A stretch of DNA of 64,000 nucleotides from Marivita sp. (GCF_020055635.1 NZ_JAIPUT010000007.1:20544-84543); one strand, 5' to 3'. Shown: positions 36,818-46,101, numbered from the stretch's first letter. Notes: generated by a model from the letters alone, not told the origin. Numbers and translations are program-made.

Positions 36818-37073
36818 GTCCTGTCGCCTTTTTTGTGCCGATGGGCCCTCGGGATCGTCTTCAAGACGGGTCCGCGCCGGTATCGTCGCTTCGAAAGGTG
36901 TGATTCGTCTTATATATACTTGATGTCCCCACGTAGCGGGTCTGTGGCGGGCCCGGTGGAGCGCAGTGACCCGTTTCGGGTCATCCTCGGCGCCTGGATC
37001 AAGAGAATCGCCATACTCATGGGCAAGCGAACAAGTCTTGGGGACGCCTGCGGGCGTCCGGCTCGGAGGGACC

Positions 37074-37433
37074 ATGTCTGGCAGAACACGTATACTTGCC
37101 GCGGTTTCAGCACTTCTGCTGGCGGGCTGCTTGGAAAGCGAAGGGTTCGGCGGCAGCGGCGGATCGAGCGGCGGCGGTGGCTTTGGCGGAACCGGTGGCT
37201 CGGGTGGCTTTGGCGGGAGCAACCAGGCGGGGCTGTCCCTTGCCCGCGACGTCTGCTTCAACGACATCGAATCCCGAGGAGCGCGGATCGTTCGGGTGGA
37301 ATCCGAGCGCGAACTCCTGAATCGGGCCGAAATCGTGGTGCTCACCCGCCGCAGCGCGGTGTCTCTCAACACCGAACGCCGTCTGTGCACCTTCTATTAC
37401 AACACCGGGCTTCACGACACCCGACGGATTTGA
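37074..37433 (+). CDS. Lipoprotein with a Gly-rich linker, function unknown
   Basis: RBS GGAGGGA. Lipobox LLLAGC. Linker GFGGSGGSSGGGGFGGTGGSGGFGGS, then a 70-aa domain with 2 Cys. Confidence 0.6.
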   Translation: MSGRTRILAAVSALLLAGCLESEGFGGSGGSSGGGGFGGTGGSGGFGGSNQAGLSLARDVCFNDIESRGARIVRVESERELLNRAEIVVLTRRSAVSLNTERRLCTFYYNTGLHDTRRI

Positions 37434-37465
37434 TGTGCCTTCATCCCCAGACCAAGGAGGTCGGA

Positions 37466-37765
37466 ATGAAACGACTGACGAGCCTGTTCTTCGTTGCAAC
37501 CTTGTGCGCGGCAACGCTTGCGCCGGTGCCCGCCAAAGCGCTGACCGACGCCGAGAAAACGGCGCTTGCCGCGCTGTTGCTTCTCGGAGCAAGCGTGGCG
37601 GCGGCAAAGCACGGCAAGCACAACAACAGCACCTCCAATTGGGACGAGGATCGCCACGGGGAGCCGTTTTCACCAAGCCCTGGCATCGTGTGCCTGCCTC
37701 GGCCAAAGCAATGTTACCAGAACGGTGCAATCTCGTGGCGCTGGACACAGCGTATGTTCGGCTGA
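37466..37765 (+). CDS. Small secreted protein, function unknown
   Basis: RBS AAGGAGG. Signal peptide MKRLTSLFFVATLCAATLAPVPAKA. C-terminal CLPRPKQCYQNGAISWRWTQRMFG. Confidence 0.5.
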   Translation: MKRLTSLFFVATLCAATLAPVPAKALTDAEKTALAALLLLGASVAAAKHGKHNNSTSNWDEDRHGEPFSPSPGIVCLPRPKQCYQNGAISWRWTQRMFG

Positions 37766-37812
37766 TGCCGCGAATCTGACACTGGCCCCTTTTTTCAGAC
37801 GGAGATGACCCA

Positions 37813-38322
37813 ATGACCGCCTTGAAATCGCTGATATGCGCCCTTTGCCTCTTCCCGCTGGCCCAGGTCGCCGCCGCTCAGTCCGGTGACCAGGTTGACC
37901 GTGCCGACCTTGCCGCCCTTGACCGGATGGGCATGGAGGTGGGCACCTATGCCGCCGAATACCTTGGCGGCTATGGTGATCTTTTCGAACCGCAGATGCT
38001 CGTCAAGCTGGGTGTCATTGCCAAACAAAGAGCCATTGCGCATACCTGCGACGGCTTCGAGGTGGACATGGAGCGGTACAATACGGCCATGGACGGGTTG
38101 TTGCGACCGATCATCGACATGATCAAGCCTCCCGAGGATGGCGGAGCGGCGATCAATCTGCCTTTCACTATCGCGATGTCGGCCTATTCCATGTTGCTTG
38201 GTGGCAACATCGCCTCCGGCGCTGCGGCTCCCGACGAAATGTGCGCTCTTGGGTCCGATCTGCGCGACGCGCTTGCCGGTGGAGATGACGAGGCGCTTCT
38301 GATCTGGACGACAGCGGACTGA
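37813..38322 (+). CDS. Secreted protein, function unknown
   Basis: Signal peptide MTALKSLICALCLFPLAQVAAAQ. 169 aa. No family recognised. Confidence 0.55.
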   Translation: MTALKSLICALCLFPLAQVAAAQSGDQVDRADLAALDRMGMEVGTYAAEYLGGYGDLFEPQMLVKLGVIAKQRAIAHTCDGFEVDMERYNTAMDGLLRPIIDMIKPPEDGGAAINLPFTIAMSAYSMLLGGNIASGAAAPDEMCALGSDLRDALAGGDDEALLIWTTAD

Positions 38323-38391
38323 GTGCTGTCCCGCTCGGCGCCGCTGGTTTCTTCCCTCGTGTTTTTTTACCAGTTTCGGCGGCGACGGCTT

Positions 38392-38422
38392 GCGAGCCGG
38401 GACATCTTGGATCCCGGCTCGC
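38392..38422. other. Perfect 11-bp-stem inverted repeat (9-nt loop) in an intergenic region
   Basis: GCGAGCCGGGA-catcttgga-TCCCGGCTCGC read directly. 70 nt after the preceding gene stop. No U-tract. Confidence 0.4.
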
Positions 38423-38579
38423 GGGTCGCATGGTCAGCACCGCTCGCGTGGCGGCGGACCCAAATGCCCCTTGCGTAACGCAGGCCAAGGTCACAAGCTG
38501 ACCACACAGGGCCGGACGAACCCTTTTTGATGCTGCAAGGGGTGGCAGATCGACGTTCGGGCCGGAAAATCGCGCCGTT

Positions 38580-39116
38580 TTGACCATGGGCGAAGGAGAA
38601 CGCGGCGTGTCAGAACCGCAAGAGAGTTCGAGACTGCGGCTGGAACTCGATGCGCCGGGCTTCCTCAAGGTGGAAAGACTGGTTGCCTACGAGATGGGCA
38701 ATCTGCTCCTGATGCTGAACCTGCAACTGCAACAGCGCTTCGGTTTGCGTGCAGAAGAGTACCAGGTCTATCTCCTGATCGTGCTGGCGACGGTGCAGCG
38801 TTTCGCGAATATCAGCGATGTAAACACCGAGAACCTGAGCCGTGCCCCCCTGCCCCCCGACCTCGCCGGATCGATTTCACGCCGCCGGATCGCGGATGTT
38901 CTGGGCATCCCCTTCGAAACGGTTCGCCGCACCGTTGCCAGCCTGCTCGACCGTGGCCTGATCGAAGAACGCAGCCGCGGTTGCCTCTCGACCCGCGGGG
39001 GCACGCTGCAATATCTTGGCGAAGACGCGACCCCCGAAAAACTTGCGCGCCGCTTCATCTCCAGCATCAACACGATGATCCGCATCGGAGCCATTAAACC
39101 GCCCGACAAGCTGTAG
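38580..39116 (+). CDS. Putative winged-helix transcriptional regulator (start uncertain)
   Basis: HTH-like segment ISRRRIADVLGIPFETVRRTVASLLDRGLIEERSRG. 178 aa. Adjacent to the heme receptor gene. Confidence 0.5.
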   Translation: MTMGEGERGVSEPQESSRLRLELDAPGFLKVERLVAYEMGNLLLMLNLQLQQRFGLRAEEYQVYLLIVLATVQRFANISDVNTENLSRAPLPPDLAGSISRRRIADVLGIPFETVRRTVASLLDRGLIEERSRGCLSTRGGTLQYLGEDATPEKLARRFISSINTMIRIGAIKPPDKL

Positions 39117-39165
39117 CCCGTAACCCGGCGCCAGCGACCGGCACACGAGGCCCCGGCCGCTTTGT

Positions 39166-41217
39166 TCAGAAGGATTTCGTCAACGACAGCTTGAAGGTCC
39201 GGCCCGGCGCCTTGCGGCTGGGCGAGGACAGGTGCCCGACGTAGTCGGCATCAAGGACGTTCTCGACACCAATGCGGACCTCGGTCTGATCCAGCCAGCC
39301 GCGACCCTGCGGACTCCATGTGGCGCGGAGATTGTGCACCGTGCTGTCGGACAAATCGGCACCCAGCGCATCGCGGCGGTCGGTGGCATGAACGACTTCC
39401 CAGCTCAGGTCCAGGTTTTCGTCCCATGTCCGGCCCAGGGTCAGCTGCGCCCGGTCCGCCGGGCTGTTGCGCCAGGTGGCTTCGGTGTCATCGGGATTGA
39501 CTTCGGTGCCTTCGCCAAGATGGCCCGCGAAATCGACATAGACCCCGTTCGCCAGCCCGTAGGACGCTTCGAGCTCAAACCCCCGAGACTCGACCCGGTC
39601 AAGCTCGGTCGCCATTGATCCGGCCACCGTGTAGCTGGTGATGTCCCACAGGTCGGTCTGGTAGAAATTGCCGCGCAGGGTGACAATGTCTCCGGCGGCA
39701 ACGACGTCCGTGCCGCTGTATTCGGCCCCCAGTTCGAACGTGTGCGATTTCTCGGACAGGCCGATGCGCCGCTGTGCCGAAGCGCTGGTTCCCAGATCGT
39801 CGATGATCGGCAGACCCTCGGTATAGGCGGCGCTGCCAAAGGCCGACAGGCCATTGCCGAAATCATAGGCCAGCGCCAGGCCACCCATCAGCGCATCCTT
39901 CTCATAGGTGTCGGGCACACCGGCAAGGTCGTCTTCACTTTTGATCGTTGACCGTTCGTAGCGCAAAGCGGGGGTGGCAGTGAATTGCCCGATTGTCATT
40001 TCATCAACGACGAACACCGCGAAACGGTTGTTCGTCCCACCCGGAGCGCCCGCATCGGTATTGTCCGCGCGGATGCGCCGTTGCGCCTCGATGCCCGCAA
40101 GCATGTCGTGGGACACCGCGCCCGTGTCGAACAGCGCGCGGTTGGACACGGTCAGCTTGGTTGTCTCATAGCGTTGATCGGCATTCACCGTGCCAACGAG
40201 AAACGGAAAGCTGGGCGTGCCTTCAAGCGGCGACGAGCCGGGAATGTACTCATATTCGATGCTCTGGTCGGCGTAGGACAGGTTGGCACGCAGGTCGATC
40301 AGGTCGTTGGCCGGGTTGTAGCGATATGCCAACACCGTCTGCGCGGTGTCCGTCAACCGGTCGACATTGCCGAAACTGCCGCCATCCGTTTCGAACTGGT
40401 CATAGGGCACGTCCTTGTCATCGGCCACGGTGCGCGAATGGCTGAAGGTCAGGGACTGCGCGTCATCCTGCCCGAACGTGAACGTGCCCTTCGCAAGGTA
40501 GGACGGCGTCCGGAAGGCCGAATTGCCAATCGTCGTGCCGTCCCCGGCATCGAGATCATCCTGATCGCGCCATGTGTAGTTGAGCAGGAACTCGGCCCGC
40601 TCGGTCGGCATCCAGGCAAGGTTCGTCGAACTCACCTTGCCGTTGCCGTTCGAGCTGAATTCGAAACTCTGCGACCCGCCAAAGCCGGGGACGCCACCGG
40701 TAAAGTCCGACGCATCCTTGGTTTCCAGCTTGACCACACCGCCGACGATCCCCGATCCGTAGGCGAAACTGCCGATGGTGCCGCGCAGGACCTCGACCTC
40801 GCGGTAAAGCAGCGGGTCGGTGAAAAGCTGCGTGCCGATGCGGTACAGCTCTTCCGAACCCACAGAGGCCCCGTCGATCTGAACGGCGATCTTCTGATCC
40901 GATCCGAAGGTCGTGTTTGCACCGAAACCGCGAATGTTGATGCCGGACCCTTGCGGCGTCGTTCCATTGACCAGCGTGACGCCGGGCACCGAGTCGATCA
41001 GCTGCGCGACGGTGCTGGCCTGACGGTCCCGGATCTCGGCCTCGCCGACAACCGTGCGCGACAAAGCGGTGCCAAAGCTGAGGTCGCGTTTGCCACCAGT
41101 GAGAATCAGAGTGCCCAGAAAGCCGGGATCACTGTCCTGCGCCGCGGCTGGCACGGCCAGCGACAGACAGACAAGCGCGGTCGTGCCGCGCAGCAGGGGG
41201 GTAAGCATATGCGCCAT
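39166..41217 (-). CDS. TonB-dependent outer-membrane receptor, heme/hemoglobin type
   Basis: Signal peptide. Plug region DSVPGVTLVNGTTPQGSGINIRGFG. FRAP-like FRTP, a His (FSHSR) and NPNL-like NPAN in the expected order. Terminal ...LSLTKSF. Divergent from hmuSTUV. Confidence 0.85.
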   Translation of the reverse strand: MAHMLTPLLRGTTALVCLSLAVPAAAQDSDPGFLGTLILTGGKRDLSFGTALSRTVVGEAEIRDRQASTVAQLIDSVPGVTLVNGTTPQGSGINIRGFGANTTFGSDQKIAVQIDGASVGSEELYRIGTQLFTDPLLYREVEVLRGTIGSFAYGSGIVGGVVKLETKDASDFTGGVPGFGGSQSFEFSSNGNGKVSSTNLAWMPTERAEFLLNYTWRDQDDLDAGDGTTIGNSAFRTPSYLAKGTFTFGQDDAQSLTFSHSRTVADDKDVPYDQFETDGGSFGNVDRLTDTAQTVLAYRYNPANDLIDLRANLSYADQSIEYEYIPGSSPLEGTPSFPFLVGTVNADQRYETTKLTVSNRALFDTGAVSHDMLAGIEAQRRIRADNTDAGAPGGTNNRFAVFVVDEMTIGQFTATPALRYERSTIKSEDDLAGVPDTYEKDALMGGLALAYDFGNGLSAFGSAAYTEGLPIIDDLGTSASAQRRIGLSEKSHTFELGAEYSGTDVVAAGDIVTLRGNFYQTDLWDITSYTVAGSMATELDRVESRGFELEASYGLANGVYVDFAGHLGEGTEVNPDDTEATWRNSPADRAQLTLGRTWDENLDLSWEVVHATDRRDALGADLSDSTVHNLRATWSPQGRGWLDQTEVRIGVENVLDADYVGHLSSPSRKAPGRTFKLSLTKSF

Positions 41218-41313
41218 CCTTCATGTGGTTTTTGCCGTAGCTTGCGAAGGCTGGCGCGGCTGTTTTTGATGAATATGCGATGAACCTTATCGCAATGGGT
41301 TGCACCGTTACCT

Positions 41314-41338
41314 TTATCGCACTAAAACAGTCAAGTAA
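41314..41338 (-). promoter_or_regulatory. IscR type-1 / Iron-Rhodo-box-like operator in the receptor / hmuS divergent region
   Basis: The minus strand reads TTACTTGACTGTTTTAGTGCGATAA. It matches 20/25 positions of ATASYYGACTRWWWYAGTCRRSTAT (consensus recalled from memory). Confidence 0.4.
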
Positions 41339-41403
41339 TTTGAGACAGCCACGCACCGCTTCCCTCCGGGCGCAGCCATCGGACCACCTGACAACCTCCG
41401 AGG

Positions 41404-42462
41404 ATGCCCATGATGCAGCGACCCGCTGTCACCCCCTCCGATATCCGTGCATATCTGACGGAAAATCCGAAACTGCGTGCCCGCGATGCGGCCGACGCCC
41501 TTGGTATCTCCGAGGCACAGTTGGTCGCCGCCCAGGTGGGCCATGGCATCACCCGAATAGCCGCGCATCCCGACAGGATCATTCCCGCCGCCGAGAGGCT
41601 GGGACAGGTGATGGCCCTGACCCGCGTCAACGCCTGCGTGCATGAAAAGATCGGAGAGTACGGCAATTACCACCCCGGCGACCACGCCGCGATGACCCTG
41701 ACCGAGAATATCGACCTGCGTATCTTTCCTTCGCATTGGGTGCATGCCTTCGCGGTCGAAACGGCCTCCGAGCAGGGCGCGCGTCGCTCGTTGCAGATTT
41801 TCGATGCGGCGGGCGACGCGGTGCACAAGATCCACCTTCGGGAGGGATCGAACCATGATGCATGGGCCGATATCGTTGCGGATCTTGCGGTAGCCGATCA
41901 GTCCGATGTGCAGCAGGTGGAAGACCGCAAACCGGTCGAGGGTCCGAAATCACGCGCCGACAAGGTGGATGTCCTGCGCACGGAATGGGCAAAGCTGACC
42001 GACACCCACCAGTTCCTGCGCCTGTGTTCCAGGCTCAAGATGAACCGGCTTGGGGCCTATCGGATCGCCGGGGCGCCCTGGGTGCGCCGTCTTGATCCGG
42101 ATGCCGCCGATGTCATGTTGCAGACCGTTCAGGAGGCCGGGATCGAGGTCATGATCTTTGTCGGCAACCGGGGCTGCATCCAGATTCACACAGGACCGAT
42201 CCACGACCTGCGCCCAATGGGCCCGTGGCAGAACGTCATGGACCCCGGCTTCAACCTTCATCTGCGGCGCGACAAGGTGGCTGAGATCTGGGCGGTGGAA
42301 AAGCCCACGCAACGTGGACCGGCGGTGTCGGTCGAGGCATTCGATGCGGAAGGCGGGTTGATCTTTCAGGTCTTCGGCGTCGGCAAGGAGGGGCGGGACT
42401 CGCGCCACGACTGGGGTCGGATCGTCGACGGTCTGCCGTCGTTGCAAGAGGTGCCGGCATGA
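41404..42462 (+). CDS. hmuS: Hemin-degrading/transport protein HmuS (ChuS/HemS family)
   Basis: 352 aa. ...IRAYLTENPKLRARDAADALGISEAQLVAA... and duplicated-domain architecture. First gene of hmuSTUV. Confidence 0.85.
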   Translation: MPMMQRPAVTPSDIRAYLTENPKLRARDAADALGISEAQLVAAQVGHGITRIAAHPDRIIPAAERLGQVMALTRVNACVHEKIGEYGNYHPGDHAAMTLTENIDLRIFPSHWVHAFAVETASEQGARRSLQIFDAAGDAVHKIHLREGSNHDAWADIVADLAVADQSDVQQVEDRKPVEGPKSRADKVDVLRTEWAKLTDTHQFLRLCSRLKMNRLGAYRIAGAPWVRRLDPDAADVMLQTVQEAGIEVMIFVGNRGCIQIHTGPIHDLRPMGPWQNVMDPGFNLHLRRDKVAEIWAVEKPTQRGPAVSVEAFDAEGGLIFQVFGVGKEGRDSRHDWGRIVDGLPSLQEVPA

Positions 42463-43355
42463 GGACCAAGCATGACGGATTTGCCGCCTTCCTTGTGATC
42501 TGGACGATCATGTTCGGCACTTTCGCGGCCCTGACGGTCAGTGCTCAGCAGGCCACGGACACCCAGACGCCCTCGGCCGATGTCCTGTCGATCGGCGGTT
42601 CGGTGACCGAGATCGTCGCGGCGCTGGGTCAACAGCACCGGCTGAAGGCGCGGGACACGACGTCGAGCTATCCGCCGGATGTCACCAATCTGCCTGATGT
42701 GGGCTACATGCGATCCCTGTCGCCCGAAGGCGTGCTGTCGGTCGCCCCGTCGCTGATCCTGTCCGAAGAAGGCGCTGGCCCGCCCGAGGCGCTCGACGTG
42801 ATCCGTGCGGCTGATGTGGACTTCGTCGAGGTGCCGGATGCCCTGACCGCGGACGGCATCCTGCGCAAGATCGAGATCATCGGCGCGGCCCTTGACGTCC
42901 CCGACCGCGCAACGGCTCTGGCTGCCGAGGTCGAAACCGCGCTGTCGGCGGCCTTGGCAGATGCAGAACGCCCGGAGACAGACAGGAAGCGCGTGCTGTT
43001 CGTGCTCTCGACGCAGGGCGGCAAGATCAACGCCTCCGGCACCGGCACTGCGGCAGACGCGCTGATCCGGATGGCGGGTGGGGTGAACGCGGTCAGCGAT
43101 TACGAGGGATACAAGCAGATCACCGACGAAGCCGTGGGTCTGGCCGCACCGGACGTGATCCTGATGATGGACCGGGGCGGCGATCACGGGGTGGCGGATG
43201 ACGAACTGTTCGACATGCCCGCGGTCAGGCTGACACCGGCTGCGCAGACGCGCTCCGTCCTGCGCATGGACGGGTTGCTGATGCTGGGCTTCGGGCCGCG
43301 CACGGCGCACGCCATCCGCATGTTGAACGATGCGCTTTACGGACAGGGAGCCTGA
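42459..43355 (+). CDS. hmuT: Hemin ABC transporter substrate-binding protein
   Basis: 4-bp overlap with hmuS. Signal peptide. VLSIGGSVTEIVAALG (cluster A-II binding protein). Confidence 0.85.
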   Translation: MRTKHDGFAAFLVIWTIMFGTFAALTVSAQQATDTQTPSADVLSIGGSVTEIVAALGQQHRLKARDTTSSYPPDVTNLPDVGYMRSLSPEGVLSVAPSLILSEEGAGPPEALDVIRAADVDFVEVPDALTADGILRKIEIIGAALDVPDRATALAAEVETALSAALADAERPETDRKRVLFVLSTQGGKINASGTGTAADALIRMAGGVNAVSDYEGYKQITDEAVGLAAPDVILMMDRGGDHGVADDELFDMPAVRLTPAAQTRSVLRMDGLLMLGFGPRTAHAIRMLNDALYGQGA

Positions 43356-43358
43356 CCC

Positions 43359-44429
43359 TTGGCAGCCCTGACCGAGATCGAAGCCGCCGCCCCGCGCGAC
43401 CGGTTGACCCGCGCCCGTGTCCTGCATTGTGGCCTGGCAGGCGGGCTGGTCTTGGCCTGTATCGCCAGCCTTCAGGTCGGGGCCACCGATGTGACGCTGT
43501 CCACGATGCTGGCCAAGCTGGTGCAGGGCGAGGCCCTCAGCCAGATCGAGCGCGTGGTACTGTTCGACATCCGCCTGCCCCGGCTCGCCATGGGACTGCT
43601 GGTCGGCGCCGCGCTGGCGGTTTCCGGCGCGGCGATGCAGGGGCTTTTCCGCAACCCGCTGGCCGATCCGGGGATCGTCGGAGTGGGGGCCGGGGCTGGG
43701 CTCGGCGCGATCCTCGCCATCGTTCTTGGCCCGCTGCTGCCGGTGTGGGTGATTGACGGGGTGGGTAACCAGCTCACCCCCTTTGCCGCCTTCCTTGGTG
43801 GTTGGGGATCGACGATCCTGCTCTACAAGGTCTCAACCCGCCATGGACGGACGTCCGTCGCCACCATGCTGCTTGCGGGAATTGCCCTCGGAGCGCTGGC
43901 CGGGGCCTTGTCGGGCATCCTTGTCTATATCGCGGATGATCGACAGTTGCGCGATCTGACGTTCTGGGGGCTGGGTTCGCTGGCCGGGGCAAGCTGGGCC
44001 AAGGTGCTGTCGGCGGGTCCGCTGATCGTGCTGTCCATCGGAGCCGCGCTGATGCTGGGCCGGGGCCTGAACGGGCTGGCCCTCGGTGAGGCAACAGCCG
44101 CCCATATCGGCATCGACGTGCAGCGCATGAAATCCATCGCGATCCTCGCAGTCGCCGGAGCAACCGGCGCGGCAGTCGCCGTTTCGGGCGGCATCGGGTT
44201 TATCGGTATCGTCGTGCCACATCTCTTGCGATTGGCGTCAGGGCCGGACCACCGGACGCTCCTGCTCAATTCCGCGCTTCTGGGCGCTATCCTTTTGATC
44301 CTCGCCGATGTGATCGCACGCGTGGTCATTGCTCCGGCGGAATTGCCGATCGGCATCGTCACGGCGGTTCTGGGGGCACCGGTTTTCCTGTGGATTCTGC
44401 TCAAACGCCGCGGATTGGTCGACCTATGA
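43359..44429 (+). CDS. hmuU: Hemin ABC transporter permease (FecCD family)
   Basis: TTG start. RLPRLAMGLLVGAALAVSGAAMQGLFRNPLADPGIVGV is the FecCD signature. Confidence 0.9.
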   Translation: MAALTEIEAAAPRDRLTRARVLHCGLAGGLVLACIASLQVGATDVTLSTMLAKLVQGEALSQIERVVLFDIRLPRLAMGLLVGAALAVSGAAMQGLFRNPLADPGIVGVGAGAGLGAILAIVLGPLLPVWVIDGVGNQLTPFAAFLGGWGSTILLYKVSTRHGRTSVATMLLAGIALGALAGALSGILVYIADDRQLRDLTFWGLGSLAGASWAKVLSAGPLIVLSIGAALMLGRGLNGLALGEATAAHIGIDVQRMKSIAILAVAGATGAAVAVSGGIGFIGIVVPHLLRLASGPDHRTLLLNSALLGAILLILADVIARVVIAPAELPIGIVTAVLGAPVFLWILLKRRGLVDL

Positions 44430-45208
44430 GTTTGATTGCCGAAGACATCCGCGTGACCTATGGCAAGCGCGAAGCGCTGCGCGGCATCGACCTGACTGCC
44501 CTGCCCGGCGACGTCACCGCCATCGTCGGCCCCAACGGGTCGGGCAAGTCCACGTTGCTGAGTGCCATCACCGCCTCCCTGCCCTTTCAGGGGCGCGTTG
44601 GCTTGAACGGGCGGGACATCGGTGCGCTTAAGTCATGGGAACTGGCCGCGCAACGCGCCGTGCTGCCCCAGGCGTCGCGGCTGGCCTTTCCCTTTACCGC
44701 ACTGGAAGTCGTTCGACTGGGGCTGCAATCGGGCACCGCAGGAGACAAGCCAGAAGTGCCGATGCAGGCCTTGGCCCGGGTGGGGTTGGCCCATTACGCC
44801 AACCGCACCTTTCAGGAGCTGTCGGGCGGCGAGGCGCAGCGCGTCATGCTGGCGAGGGTGCTGGCCCAGGTCTGGGCTCCGGTCGAAGGCGGACAACCAC
44901 GGTGGCTTCTGCTGGACGAACCTGTCTCAAGCCTTGATATCGCGCATCAGTTGCAGGTGATGGAGATCGCCCGCGACTTCGCGCGCGCCGGAGGCGGCGT
45001 CATCGCCGTGATGCACGATCTCAACCTGACGGCGCTTTATGCCGACCGCGTCGCGATCCTGGCCGAAGGAAAGCGCCTTGCCTTCGGATCACCCACCGAG
45101 GTGCTGACCGATGACATCCTGTCGCGCGCCTATGGCTGCGCCTTGCGTGTTTCGGCCCCGCCGCCGCAAGGTGTACCTTATGTCCTGCCGCATGCAGCAG
45201 CCGTCTGA
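44426..45208 (+). CDS. hmuV: Hemin ABC transporter ATPase
   Basis: ATGA overlap with hmuU. Walker A GPNGSGKST, signature LSGGEAQRV, Walker B LLLDEP. Confidence 0.9.
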   Translation: MSLIAEDIRVTYGKREALRGIDLTALPGDVTAIVGPNGSGKSTLLSAITASLPFQGRVGLNGRDIGALKSWELAAQRAVLPQASRLAFPFTALEVVRLGLQSGTAGDKPEVPMQALARVGLAHYANRTFQELSGGEAQRVMLARVLAQVWAPVEGGQPRWLLLDEPVSSLDIAHQLQVMEIARDFARAGGGVIAVMHDLNLTALYADRVAILAEGKRLAFGSPTEVLTDDILSRAYGCALRVSAPPPQGVPYVLPHAAAV

Positions 45209-45322
45209 AAGGTGCGTCCATGTAACCGGGCTGCTGTGATATCAGGGGCAAACCTGTCGCCACACCCATGTTTTCCGCTCGGGCGGGGGGCATACACATG
45301 ATACCGAACCGAGGAACCGCTT

Positions 45323-45649
45323 ATGTATCTGGCCATGAACCGCTTTACCGTCACGCTCGAGAATGCCGCCGAATTCGAGGAGCTGTGGCTCAATCGCGAA
45401 AGCCACCTGCAGGACATGGACGGCTTCGTGTCGTTCCATATGCTCAAGGGCCCCGAGGAAGACGGCCACATCCTTTATGCCTCTCACACCGTGTGGCAGA
45501 GCGAGTCGCATTTCCGCGCCTGGACCACGAGCGAGGCGTTCCGCGCTTCGCATGCCCGCGCCGGCCAGACCCGCAAGCTGCACGAGGGTGCACCGCGTTT
45601 CGAAGGCTTCCAGTCGATCCAGAGCATTGACGCCCTGCAACCGGCATGA
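45323..45649 (+). CDS. ABM-fold monooxygenase, IsdG-like (candidate heme-degrading enzyme)
   Basis: 108 aa. MYLAMNRFTV (Asn6), ...HTVWQSESHFRAW...FRASH give N/W/H residues at IsdG-like positions. Directly downstream of hmuV. Confidence 0.7.
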   Translation: MYLAMNRFTVTLENAAEFEELWLNRESHLQDMDGFVSFHMLKGPEEDGHILYASHTVWQSESHFRAWTTSEAFRASHARAGQTRKLHEGAPRFEGFQSIQSIDALQPA

Positions 45650-46014
45650 GTCCGGGCGTCATACGCGCCGCGCCTGTTTTCCGAAGCTTTGACGAGGCAA
45701 GGGCCCGCAGCTTCTATGTCGGCTGGCTGGGTTTCACTTGGGAGGGCGAGCACCGGCTTCACCCCGGGGCACCGCTCTATGCCTTTTTGCGACTGGGCGA
45801 TTTCCATCTGCATCTGACCGAACACCATGGCGATGCCACGCCGGGATCGACTGCCTTGGTCTATGTGACCGGTCTGCGCGATTGGCAGACGTCCCTGCCC
45901 CCTTATCCGAACATGCGGCCCGGATTGGAGGCACAGCCCTGGGGCCTTGAAATGATGGTCTGGGATCCTTTCGGAAATCGCCTGCGGTTTCTGGATCAGG
46001 CCGAGGACGCCTGA
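45646..46014 (+). CDS. Glyoxalase/bleomycin-resistance (VOC) family protein
   Basis: 4-bp overlap with the ABM gene. 122 aa. FYVGWLGFTWEGEHR...FHLHLTEHHGD...DPFGNRLRF. Confidence 0.7.
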   Translation: MSPGVIRAAPVFRSFDEARARSFYVGWLGFTWEGEHRLHPGAPLYAFLRLGDFHLHLTEHHGDATPGSTALVYVTGLRDWQTSLPPYPNMRPGLEAQPWGLEMMVWDPFGNRLRFLDQAEDA

Positions 46015-46101
46015 CAAGGGTGGATGACACTCTTTGTCCTCCGTGAAAGGGCCAACTTCATTTCTTGACTGAAACTATCGGAATAATATATCGATAAGGA
46101 A

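Noticed and set aside
36818-37390. The 191-codon N-terminal extension of the 668-aa minus-strand ORF (35384-37390)
   Set aside because: The extension is Pro/Arg/Ser-rich junk and overlaps the plus-strand lipoprotein gene (37074-37433). The internal start MLFSLMTLRRRHVLSC gives a proper signal/anchor sequence.
38168-38668. 166-aa minus-strand ORF spanning the intergenic hairpin
   Set aside because: Ser/Arg/Pro-rich with no RBS or domain. It overlaps the 3' end of the secreted-protein gene and the 5' end of the wHTH gene.
45208-45323. Possible small ORF or riboswitch between hmuV and the ABM gene
   Set aside because: No conserved riboswitch-like structure or convincing ORF with an RBS was recognised in the 114-nt gap.
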